DNA of 64,000 nt, taken from an uncultured Nitrosospira sp. Its GTDB lineage: Bacteria > Pseudomonadota > Gammaproteobacteria > Burkholderiales > Nitrosomonadaceae. The stretch's first letter is position 1. Each line of letters starts with the position of its first letter. Below, one piece after another: positions 1 to 8,946 of this stretch. The translations under genes were made by a program, and so were the position numbers. Location: positions 3,354-67,353 of the forward strand of contig CAYXQR010000106.1 in assembly GCA_964466955.1 (NCBI GenBank), in the 5' to 3' direction. The notes below the pieces were generated by a model. The model saw nothing but the letters and a program-made list of their open reading frames with translations. It was not told the origin of the DNA and ran no database searches.

Positions 1-237
1 TTGTCCTCTTTTGCGTTATGCGGCGACATCTGTACGACAGGTGTCGGATGGATTCAAGTCCCTGGCGGTTCAGGTGACGGTGCATAGACTATCACGGCAA
101 CAAAAAAAGTGGAACGCAAGCATATAAAGCGAGGGCCGCGCCACAGCCGGCCTTTGAGCTCCGTCGTAAAACATATCGATTCTGAGCCAAACTGCGTAGC
201 AGTGCACCCCATTTCCAGTGAGTCGGAATGACCAGGC

Positions 238-293
238 TTGTCATCAAATCGTAACCAAACGGAAATAAAACTGAAATTTTCCGGAAGTATTCT
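238..293 (+). promoter_or_regulatory. Pho box array (PhoB-type) with downstream -10 hexamer
   Basis: Four 11-bp-period units TTGTCAT-caaa, TCGTAAC-caaa, CGGAAAT-aaaa, CTGAAAT (238-277) resemble CTGTCAT-A(A/T)A(A/T). TATTCT (288-293) lies 10 bp downstream. The downstream gene is a phosphate-selective porin. Confidence 0.65.
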
Positions 294-328
294 GCCTGCC
301 ATCTTTCTATCAGGAAAAAGGACAGGTC

Positions 329-2008
329 ATGCCGTTATCCAAAGCTTCTCTGGCCGCTGCTGCTGTTTTAGGCTCAAGTGTCTCCGTTGGCGCTTTTGCT
401 CTTGATCTTTACGTGGACACCAAGACCGAGCAAATTTATGCAAAACCCGGTCCCGGCCGTGTACACATTGGCTCATTCGTGAGGGAAGAGGACAGTGCGG
501 CAGGCAAGGCCGGTGGATCGGGGAAATCTGCTGAATCGGGGCCGATCCGCGAAACGGCCACGGCCACTGCGGGCACCGGTGAAAAATGGGAAGCGGCGGA
601 CGTGGCAGAGATGCGCAAGGATATGGAACTGAAGGCGAAGATGCGGGAAGCGCGCCTGGTAAGCGATATGGCTTCATTGGAAGAGCGGGTAAATCAGGCC
701 GAAAAAACCAAGATGAAATATGGTCCGGGATTGCACTTTGAAAGTGCCGACGGCAACTTTACAGCCGCCCTCGATGGCCGGCTGCAAGCGGACGCACAAT
801 ACAACATCACCAATGATGTCCTGCCACCCGCCCCAAACGATCGACCTTACGAGCTGAACAGCGGCGCGAACATCCGGCGTGCCCGTCTCGGTGTGGAAGG
901 AACTATTTTCAAGAAATGGGATTACAAATTCGAATACGACTTCAGTCGCGGGAACGGTTCGGTGACGTCCGGAATTACAGATGCTTTCATCCGCTACAAC
1001 TTCGACAATCCTCTTTCGATCAAAGTGGGCTCATTCAAGGAGCCTTTCAGCCTGGAAGAAGCCACCAGCAACCGGTTCCTGACGTTTATCGAACGTAACA
1101 TGGCTGTGAACACATTTGTGGATAACCCAAATGTCTACAAGACCGGTATAGGCGTTAACTACGCGGTGCCGCGATGGCAAACGGGAGTCTCCTTCCAGAC
1201 CGAGCCGGTGGGCAGCTGGTCCAGCGCTGCCACCTCGATCAATCCCAATGGAAATAACAGCCGTAACAATGGTTCGGGCGATACCAGTTGGGAAGGGGTC
1301 GGCCGCATTTCCGGCAGACCCTGGATGGAAAGCGAAACCAGATTCTGGCATATGGGGGCATCAGCGGCGCACACCCGAGTCAATACCCAATATGAAGGGG
1401 ATGGCGACCTTGCCAACGGCGGAATGAGTTTCGGCTCCTTCCCGGCGGTCAACGTTGATCGGACCAATGTGTTGAACACCAGCAACCTGAGCACCGGAAA
1501 CAAGAACGATCCCAATTCACGCCGGGTGGAAAGCTACAATCGCTGGGGCGCGGAAACTGCCTTGGTGTACGGACCATTTTCGGCTCAGGGCGAATATCTG
1601 CGAACCGATATAAACGGTCACGGTTATAGCGGGGAATCCCTGTTTGGTTTTTACGGTTACGTCAGCTATTTCCTGACGGGAGAATCACGGGTTTATCACG
1701 TCAAGAATGGCGCCTGGAACCGAATCAAGCCTAATCAGATGTTCCAGTTGAATGGTCCGGGCTGGGGTGCGTGGGAAATCGCAGCGGGGTATGACTACAT
1801 CAATATGAACGACGGAGTCATACGAGGTGGAAAGGCGGATCTCATCAAGTTCGGCCTGAACTGGTATCCTCATTCGCATCTTCGCATCATGACCAACTAC
1901 ATCCACGTTCTCGATGTGAATACTGCAGGGGTTGCAGACCGCCGCAGTGCCGGCTTCAATAATGCCAATCTGGATATGTGGATAACACGATTCCAGGTCG
2001 ATTTTTAG
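329..2008 (+). CDS. OprO/OprP-family phosphate-selective porin
   Basis: 559 aa. Signal peptide, ANIRRARLGVEG and KVGSFKEPFSLEE motifs, beta-barrel pattern, C-terminal aromatic residue (RFQVDF). AGGA RBS upstream. Confidence 0.85.
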   Translation: MPLSKASLAAAAVLGSSVSVGAFALDLYVDTKTEQIYAKPGPGRVHIGSFVREEDSAAGKAGGSGKSAESGPIRETATATAGTGEKWEAADVAEMRKDMELKAKMREARLVSDMASLEERVNQAEKTKMKYGPGLHFESADGNFTAALDGRLQADAQYNITNDVLPPAPNDRPYELNSGANIRRARLGVEGTIFKKWDYKFEYDFSRGNGSVTSGITDAFIRYNFDNPLSIKVGSFKEPFSLEEATSNRFLTFIERNMAVNTFVDNPNVYKTGIGVNYAVPRWQTGVSFQTEPVGSWSSAATSINPNGNNSRNNGSGDTSWEGVGRISGRPWMESETRFWHMGASAAHTRVNTQYEGDGDLANGGMSFGSFPAVNVDRTNVLNTSNLSTGNKNDPNSRRVESYNRWGAETALVYGPFSAQGEYLRTDINGHGYSGESLFGFYGYVSYFLTGESRVYHVKNGAWNRIKPNQMFQLNGPGWGAWEIAAGYDYINMNDGVIRGGKADLIKFGLNWYPHSHLRIMTNYIHVLDVNTAGVADRRSAGFNNANLDMWITRFQVDF

Positions 2009-2110
2009 TGAGGAATGGCCCCGGAGCGGTTAAAAATCGAAACGGGGGTGCGGCCCTTGCGCCAAGGAGACAGCGGTGACTCGGTTGACTTGACAACCAG
2101 GGCAGTCGAA

Positions 2111-5100
2111 CTATCTCAGCGAAAATTCCACCCGCGCTGCCGATTTCTGACTGTTGGCTTGCCGTTCGATCTTCGGTTCGAGTACAAAGATCCGTTCGCC
2201 AGAAACGTTGCCTTTTTCGATCAGCCAATTTCGGGTGTTCGCCGCACGGGTTTCAGCAAGCTCCCGCAGCTTGTCATCGCCCGCGTCGATGTTGGCCAAT
2301 AGCAGCTTCTCCATTTCCGGGACAGGCAGGCTTTTTGCGAAACCGATTATATTTTTGGGTTTCTCGAACTCTGCCTCCTTGTACAGCTGAGTCAGATACT
2401 TCTCGTATTCCTCCGGTTGCAGCTCGATCTCATTGAGCGATTCGTGGGCCTCTCCTTTTTTTATGTCCGCTGACAGTTTCTGTGCCTTGATTCTACGGTC
2501 AAGCATCCGTTGCTTGAGTGCTTCCGGATCGTGCAGCGGATCAGCCCACCCGGTAATCTCGAGCTTGATTGCCGGACGATCGACCAACGCAGTCGACAGT
2601 GTTTCCAGGCTTTTTTCCGACTCTGCTGTGATTTGAGCGTCACCCGGCATAAAATCCGCCTGAGACAATTCTTCTCCGCCAAAGAGCGAGCCCAGTAGCG
2701 CAAACGGTGCCGTCACTGCTTTTGTCAACAGGTTGAGAATAGCCTGAATGATGATCCCGCCCAGACTGAATTCAGGATCGTTGATCGATCCCTTGATCGG
2801 CAGATGAAGGTCGATTTCACCCCGGCGATTCTGGAGCACCGCGAGAGCGAGATTTACCGGAACAGAAAGCGCATCCGGGCTCTCTATTTTTTCCCCGAAC
2901 TCCAGTTGGTCGAGAAAGATGTTGTTTTCCGCCGTCAGTTCACCGTTTTCCACATGGTAATGAATATCGACCGATAACTTGCCTTTATCGATCGTATAGC
3001 CAACATATTTGCCCGAGTAGGGACTGAATGTCGGCATGTCGATACCTTTTGCAGATGCGGTGATATCGAGATAGAGTTCCTTGCCCCAAGTGTCAACGTT
3101 GCCTGTAATTTTCAAAGGCGCGGTTTTGTCCACCGATCCGCGTATATCAATCTCCCCCGGTTTTTTAGGGTCGAGGGGGCCGATCCTGCCAGCCAGCCCG
3201 GTCAGATTAGCCCGATAGTTCGGCTTGATGAAATGATCCTCAAAAAGGACATTTCCGCCCTGCACGACAATGCGATTGATACGCACTGGAAGAGGAGTGC
3301 GAGGAGGCGGGGGTTGAGGATGCTGGCCGGTCTGCTCACGCTCGGCCGGTGAATTCTTCTTCTCCCCGACTCGTGGGGACCCCGCTGCTGCCTGGAGTGG
3401 CTTTGCGCCTTCGTTCTGTCGTACGATATGCTTGAGATTCAACTCTCCTTCAGGAGAAAGCACGACATGAGCGAAGAAATCAGCCATTGAAATGGCGGCA
3501 ATGCTGACATTCAGTGGCTGACTCACAAATTTGATCCCCTTAACGTCGATATGATGCCAACGCAAGAGATCGCTTGCGTAGATCTTGTCTAGAATTCTGA
3601 AGCCCGTCAGTCGGCTGGCGCCCTCTACCGTCACTTTCAGCGGTGATTTTGCCGGGGTCTCGGCCTTTACCTTGCCTTGAAATGATAGCGCACCGCGTGC
3701 CAATAACACACTCAGGTGATCGCCTGCCCAGCCCTGGAGCGCGACCAGATCGACCTCTTTCGCATCAATGGCGAGATCCATTGACACTGGAGCCCAGGCC
3801 AGGGAACCGGTTGTTTCCAGGCGGCCACGCTTGTTGATCTCCGCTCTCAGAGCAAGCTTGGATGGCTGGGCTCCGCTGAAATCGATAGCACTGGCAGTCA
3901 AATCCAGCGGCGCCACAACCATTGGTCTCACGTCCGGCAAACTGGCATCTTCAAAGCTCAACTCCGCCCCTTCCAGTTCCAGCTTCCCAAGCTGGATCTT
4001 CCAGGGTATCCCTGGCTCCGCTTTCGTGGATAGCGGTTCTGATGCTGTTGTTTTTGCGGTGGAAACAGGCGCGAAGAATTTGACGAGATTGAGCCGTCCA
4101 TCTTTTTCACGGCGTAGGGAGGCTTTCAGTTTTTCCAGCGCGAGGGAATCAAGTGTAATGCTCCGACGCATCGGGTCTATTCCGATTTCACCTGTACCCA
4201 GCCTGGGCAAGTCTAGCGTGGGTTTCGAATGATCCTCTTTGATTACAGCCGCCTCCGACAACGTCACCTCAGCACGTGACTCTTTGGTCCCATTGAGATT
4301 TATTTCCTTCAGCACGACATCGAGCCGATCGAGCTTTGCCTTATAGGGCGTCTCCACTCCCCGATTCTCTATCTCCAGCTGTTTCAGTGCTGCCTGCCCG
4401 GTTAAAACCATGCTGGGCGATTCGCCATCCACCTGACTGAAAGTGAGCAGCAAATCGCTGTCAAAGTGGCCGGAAAGCAAGCGAATACCGGTGGGAATCG
4501 GCGAGTACTCGTCCACGCGTGTCAGATCGATCCCTTTGAGATCGAGCTGGAGCGTTGCCTCGCGATTCGCGGTGAAAGGACGCAGCTTGCCGTCAAGGGT
4601 GAGTGGCGCACCGTTCACCTTGGCACTGAAACGTGGCTCTACCCAGGTTTCCTCGGCACTTTCGAAATTGGCAATAAACGGTATGCCCATGTCTATCTCA
4701 GAGATTTCCTGTCGGCTGTCCTTGACCTGGTCAACAAATTCGAAACGACCGCCTTCAATTGTGATGTTGCTGACGGAAAACATTGCCTTGCCGCCTTCAT
4801 CCGGACGGTCCAGGAATTCCTCTATCAAGTCGGTAATATTGAACCGTTGCGGGGCCTCCCGAACCAGACGAACCGCGGGCCCTTTAAGCGATATGGCGCT
4901 GATTACGGGAGCGCGATGGGCAAGCGAGGCCATGCTGAGATCGGCATAGAGCTCGTCCAGGGAAAACAGCGCGTTGCCCGTATCGGAATCTATATTCTTT
5001 TCGCCTATGCGAAACCCGCGCACTGTCAATTCCAGAGTGTACGGCCGTATTTCGATCGACTGGACGGTCACGGGCCGATGCAAGACTTCGGAGAGCGCAG

Positions 5101-5233
5101 TTTCAAGCTTGGACTTTGCATATCCCGGCAGCCAGAAATAACCCAGCAAGCCGAACAGAACGGCAATTCCGGCAATAATGCCCAGACCGATGCCTATGCG
5201 CCGGCGGTTCAAATGAGAAAAAAGCTTCTTCAC
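2111..5233 (-). CDS. DUF748 domain protein (AsmA-like) with C-terminal OmpA-like domain
   Basis: 1040 aa. N-terminal TM anchor, repeated beta-rich segments (V..GG.V.F.D..I.P), LAVLQNRRGEIDLHLPIKGSINDPEFS motif, C-terminal LEITGWAD...RA...RVEF. Confidence 0.8.
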   Translation of the reverse strand: MKKLFSHLNRRRIGIGLGIIAGIAVLFGLLGYFWLPGYAKSKLETALSEVLHRPVTVQSIEIRPYTLELTVRGFRIGEKNIDSDTGNALFSLDELYADLSMASLAHRAPVISAISLKGPAVRLVREAPQRFNITDLIEEFLDRPDEGGKAMFSVSNITIEGGRFEFVDQVKDSRQEISEIDMGIPFIANFESAEETWVEPRFSAKVNGAPLTLDGKLRPFTANREATLQLDLKGIDLTRVDEYSPIPTGIRLLSGHFDSDLLLTFSQVDGESPSMVLTGQAALKQLEIENRGVETPYKAKLDRLDVVLKEINLNGTKESRAEVTLSEAAVIKEDHSKPTLDLPRLGTGEIGIDPMRRSITLDSLALEKLKASLRREKDGRLNLVKFFAPVSTAKTTASEPLSTKAEPGIPWKIQLGKLELEGAELSFEDASLPDVRPMVVAPLDLTASAIDFSGAQPSKLALRAEINKRGRLETTGSLAWAPVSMDLAIDAKEVDLVALQGWAGDHLSVLLARGALSFQGKVKAETPAKSPLKVTVEGASRLTGFRILDKIYASDLLRWHHIDVKGIKFVSQPLNVSIAAISMADFFAHVVLSPEGELNLKHIVRQNEGAKPLQAAAGSPRVGEKKNSPAEREQTGQHPQPPPPRTPLPVRINRIVVQGGNVLFEDHFIKPNYRANLTGLAGRIGPLDPKKPGEIDIRGSVDKTAPLKITGNVDTWGKELYLDITASAKGIDMPTFSPYSGKYVGYTIDKGKLSVDIHYHVENGELTAENNIFLDQLEFGEKIESPDALSVPVNLALAVLQNRRGEIDLHLPIKGSINDPEFSLGGIIIQAILNLLTKAVTAPFALLGSLFGGEELSQADFMPGDAQITAESEKSLETLSTALVDRPAIKLEITGWADPLHDPEALKQRMLDRRIKAQKLSADIKKGEAHESLNEIELQPEEYEKYLTQLYKEAEFEKPKNIIGFAKSLPVPEMEKLLLANIDAGDDKLRELAETRAANTRNWLIEKGNVSGERIFVLEPKIERQANSQKSAARVEFSLR

Positions 5234-5364
5234 AGATAGGATCGCGGTTTTTTGGAACGTTCTTAGCTTGCTGACAATAAATCGGAGATCACGCTGAATT
5301 TTCCTTATGGCGCAACTTTACGCTGAGCGAAAAGCAGGGTCAATTACAAGGCAGATTCGGCTTG

Positions 5365-5748
5365 TCACGAGCGAGGGGGCTGACGCGTGCCATGTGGAGG
5401 TATTCGTCTCAAAGTAATCACAACCAGGAGGGCAAACAGAATATAAAGGGCGGTCAGCACCCATTCCGGCACATCATAGAAAAGAATGCGATGCAACCAG
5501 CGCTCGACGAAGCCATCCTCGGTAGCCGTTCCCCTCAACCTATCCTCCAGCACCGTCAGCGGGCACATCATCCCAACGAGAGATTCCCCTACGACAAAGG
5601 CTATGGCAGCGAGATGCGCCAGCCGAAAAAACCGGTTTCTCACGAAACTCAGTTTCATCCACGCGCCGATCCAGATGAGCGGCAGACTCCCGATAACAAA
5701 CAGCACGAACATAAAGTGAATGACAAGTATGACGTCAGCCGCCCACAT
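5365..5748 (-). CDS. DUF2784-family membrane protein
   Basis: 127 aa hydrophobic. H..FVLF, RLAHL, CPLT.LE..LR and F...WLHRILFYD.P motifs. Confidence 0.8.
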   Translation of the reverse strand: MWAADVILVIHFMFVLFVIGSLPLIWIGAWMKLSFVRNRFFRLAHLAAIAFVVGESLVGMMCPLTVLEDRLRGTATEDGFVERWLHRILFYDVPEWVLTALYILFALLVVITLRRIPPHGTRQPPRS

Positions 5749-5827
5749 GATTCGCCCGCAAGCTGTTTATGGTGAAAAGTGGAATTCCGTACCGGGAGCA
5801 ACGAGCTTCATATGGAAATTATTCTAG

Positions 5828-7036
5828 GGAAACGCTGATCAATGGGACCCTTCCGGGATTTTTCATTCCGGGAATCTCTCTGCTGCAATTTCCGTCTTCA
5901 TGACGTCGGGTTGTGTTTGGTTTTCCCACCTGGATCACTGATCCGGGGCCGTTTCCGGGTACGGCTCCCGAATTCTCCCTCTCAGGACGCAACTTCCCTG
6001 TACTGCGCGCATAGTGTTCGCTGCGATAGCATCAGATTGGCCATGGCAAACAGCACATGCAGTTGTGCGGTGTTCTTCGCCAGACCCTTATAGCGACACT
6101 TGCGATGCCCAAACAGGTTCTTCACTACGTGAAACACGTGCTCAACCTTCGCGCGAATGCTCGCCTTGGCCCGCTCTGCCTTCTCGATGAGTGTGCGCAC
6201 CGGATCTGTCTCGTCCAGCTTCCTGTATGTCGAACGCCTGCGCGCAATGACGAACTCGGCTGCACACTCCTTCAATTCCTCACGCTTGTGCGCGCCCTGG
6301 TAACCAGCATCACCGTGCAGATGTTTCTCGCCGCCATGCAGCAACCTGTGCGTCTGGCTCACATCCGGCTCGTTTGCCGCCGTGGTGACGATCGAATGTG
6401 CAAGACCGGTGTGCGCGTCCGCACCGATGTGTACCTTCATCCCGAAGTGCCACTGGTTTCCCTTCTTCGTCTGATGCATATCCGCGTCGCGCTCGTGCGC
6501 CTTGTTTTTCGTCGAGGGCGGCGCGGCAATCAAGGTGGCATCCACGATGGTGCCTTCGCGCAGGATCAGTCCCTGCTGTCCCAGCTGCTCCCGGATCAGC
6601 CCGAAGATGCGCGCGGGCATCTCGTGACGTTCCAGCAACCGGCGAAACTTCAGCAGCGTCGTAGCATCCGGTGCCTGCCGTTCGATCAGGTCCACACCGA
6701 CAAAGCGGCGCACCGCGATGCTGTCGACGATGGCGTCCTCAATCCCTTCATCCGACAGGCCCAGGCAGTTCTGGCACAGATACATGCGCAGCATCAGCTC
6801 CAGCCCCACCGGCGGGCGACCGCGCTCGCCTCGGTAGTAGTACGGCTCAATCAATGCGAGCAACTGCAACCACGGCACCAGCCAGTCAAGATCAGACAGA
6901 AACTTCTCGCGACGCGTCGGCTTGCGGCGCCTCGAGTACTCCATGTCGACAAAGCTCGTCTGGCGTTTCATCGAGGGCATTGGGAAGAATGGGATGACTT
7001 AGACATTCTACAGCGCCGACTTAAATCAGTGTTTCC
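5828..7036 (-). mobile_element. Complete IS5-family insertion sequence (1209 bp)
   Basis: Terminal inverted repeats GGAAACGCTGATCAA (5828) and GGAAACACTGATTTA (reverse complement ending at 7036). Flanked by a CTAG duplication at 5824-5827 and 7037-7040. Visibly more GC-rich than the flanks. Confidence 0.95.
5982..6980 (-). CDS. IS5-family (IS5 subgroup) DDE transposase
   Basis: 332 aa. TRREKFL, GRPPVGLELMLR, PDATTLLKFR, IVDATLI, GMKVHIGAD, GDAGYQG and RAKVEHVF motifs. Confidence 0.95.
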   Translation of the reverse strand: MPSMKRQTSFVDMEYSRRRKPTRREKFLSDLDWLVPWLQLLALIEPYYYRGERGRPPVGLELMLRMYLCQNCLGLSDEGIEDAIVDSIAVRRFVGVDLIERQAPDATTLLKFRRLLERHEMPARIFGLIREQLGQQGLILREGTIVDATLIAAPPSTKNKAHERDADMHQTKKGNQWHFGMKVHIGADAHTGLAHSIVTTAANEPDVSQTHRLLHGGEKHLHGDAGYQGAHKREELKECAAEFVIARRRSTYRKLDETDPVRTLIEKAERAKASIRAKVEHVFHVVKNLFGHRKCRYKGLAKNTAQLHVLFAMANLMLSQRTLCAQYREVAS

Positions 7037-7200
7037 CTAGCATTCGTTTATCGGAAAACACTATCCATGGAATAAGTGTCTGCATTCTCTCTCTTTGCAA
7101 TAAAAGCAATGGCATAAATATATTCTAATACGTTATTTCTGCATGCCCGTGCAAGCCGGTATAGTGTTGCCTCGTAATAGAAGAGGTAAAGAATCATCTC

Positions 7201-8178
7201 ATGAAGATTCGGAATCTGGATCTCACGGGCAATCCAATAAATGTCGAACACCAGCAGTTAGGGTTGCCTCCTGTCGAGGAGCCCGTCTCCCATCCCGGCA
7301 CCCATCCGCTCCTTCATGCGGCGGTATGGTTTGTCATTCTGGTATTGATTGCGCTGATCCTTTTTCTGATCGGACGTTTCTTCATTTCCAATAACTGGTT
7401 TGATGCCTGGCACATCATTGGAGAGACGTTCAGCAGCAACGTGTTCTGGAGTGCCGTCGCAGTCGGTTTTTTTGCTCAAGTGGTGGATGGCGCTCTAGGC
7501 ATGGCTTATGGTGTCACCGCGACTACGTTCCTGCTGGCCACGGGCGCCACTCCCGGTACCGCGAGCGCGAGCGTTCATATCGCAGAGATCTTCACCACAG
7601 GAGTTTCCGGCATCTCCCATGTCAAGTTCGGCAATGTCAACAAGGATCTCTTCATCCGGCTGCTCGTACCCGGCATCCTTGGCGGCATACTGGGCGCGAT
7701 ACTAGTTACCCAGATCGACGGTACCGTATTCAAGCCTTACATTTCCACCTATCTGTTGCTGCTGGGAATCTATATACTCAGCAAAGCGTTTCGTCCATTG
7801 CGTTTGCGCAGGACCTCGCCCAGGCATGTCGGAAAGCTGGCGCTGTTCGGAGGATTTGTCGATGCTGCGGGTGGAGGCGGCTGGGGGCCCGTTGTGACTT
7901 CCACACTGGTGAGCTCCGGTAATGACCCGCGCACTACCATCGGCTCGGTCAATTTCGCTGAATTCTTCCTGACGTTGACTGGGGCGGCTGTTTTTACGCT
8001 GCTAATGGAAACCAATACGTGGGCTCTCATCGTCGGCCTGGTATTTGGCGGATTGTTCGCTGCGCCCTTTGCAGCAGTGCTCTGTAAAAAATTGCACGCA
8101 CGCACACTGCTTATTCTGGTGGGCACGCTGATTGTCATTATCAGTTCTTATAACCTGTACCGGGCACTGAGCATTTAA
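7201..8178 (+). CDS. Sulfite exporter TauE/SafE-family membrane protein
   Basis: 325 aa. VDGALGMAYGV, ASASVHIAEIFTT and GGGGWGPVVT motifs; many TM helices. Confidence 0.85.
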   Translation: MKIRNLDLTGNPINVEHQQLGLPPVEEPVSHPGTHPLLHAAVWFVILVLIALILFLIGRFFISNNWFDAWHIIGETFSSNVFWSAVAVGFFAQVVDGALGMAYGVTATTFLLATGATPGTASASVHIAEIFTTGVSGISHVKFGNVNKDLFIRLLVPGILGGILGAILVTQIDGTVFKPYISTYLLLLGIYILSKAFRPLRLRRTSPRHVGKLALFGGFVDAAGGGGWGPVVTSTLVSSGNDPRTTIGSVNFAEFFLTLTGAAVFTLLMETNTWALIVGLVFGGLFAAPFAAVLCKKLHARTLLILVGTLIVIISSYNLYRALSI

Positions 8179-8310
8179 GAAGTATTCGTTCAAGCCCGAG
8201 CAGAGCCGGAGGAGATGGCACTCATGCGAGTGGCTGGTTGGCCTGGTTGAAATGCAGGATGCTCCTTGAAGGAAAAACAGGAACAGCATCAGATCGGGAA
8301 ATGAGAATGC

Positions 8311-8862
8311 TTACAGTAGAGGCTCAACCATGGACTCAAGCTTGCTCTGGCTCAGGCGGCCGAGCTTGCTGCCTGTAATTTTTCCGTTGCGATCAATGAC
8401 GACAGTAAAGGGGAGCGCACCCTGGTTGTTTCCTGCCGCTTCAGCCAGGGTCATGGCTTTCATGCCCCCCACTAGCACCGGATAATTGATGCCCATTCCC
8501 TTGCTGAAAGCTTCCGCTTTCTCTCGCTGATCCACGGCGACTCCGATCAGCGTCAGCCCTTTGTCGCGGTACTTGTTGTGAACGTGGATAAACTCGGGAA
8601 TTTCCTGACGGCAGGGCTCGCACCAGCTTGCCCAGAAATTGACCACCATTACCTTTCCACGCCATTGAGAGAAAGCCTGATCGCTGCCCTGCAAATCCGG
8701 TAACGTCGCCGCCAGTATAGCCTCCGCTCCTCTGGTAGAGACCATCGCATCAACCCCTGTGCGGGAATCACCGCTCATGAGCTGTCCACGCAACAGCAAT
8801 CCGGCAGTCAACGCAATTGCCGCGACGCCTGCATATAACAAAACCTGCTTTAATTTCACCAT
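8311..8862 (-). CDS. TlpA-family thiol:disulfide oxidoreductase
   Basis: NFWASWCEPC (CxxC), N-terminal TM segment, ALPFT cis-Pro loop. Start placed at ATG 8862; the ORF extends to 8907. Confidence 0.85.
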   Translation of the reverse strand: MVKLKQVLLYAGVAAIALTAGLLLRGQLMSGDSRTGVDAMVSTRGAEAILAATLPDLQGSDQAFSQWRGKVMVVNFWASWCEPCRQEIPEFIHVHNKYRDKGLTLIGVAVDQREKAEAFSKGMGINYPVLVGGMKAMTLAEAAGNNQGALPFTVVIDRNGKITGSKLGRLSQSKLESMVEPLL

Positions 8863-8946
8863 TGAAATCTCAATTCCGAAGAGTATAAAGGCGTGAAGCC
8901 GTTTCATCCCCTGAAGGATGCAAGTGCTGGGTAACGTGAAACCGGA

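Noticed and set aside
4466-5239. 257-aa plus-strand ORF opposite the DUF748 gene
   Set aside because: Shadow ORF with no RBS or domain evidence.
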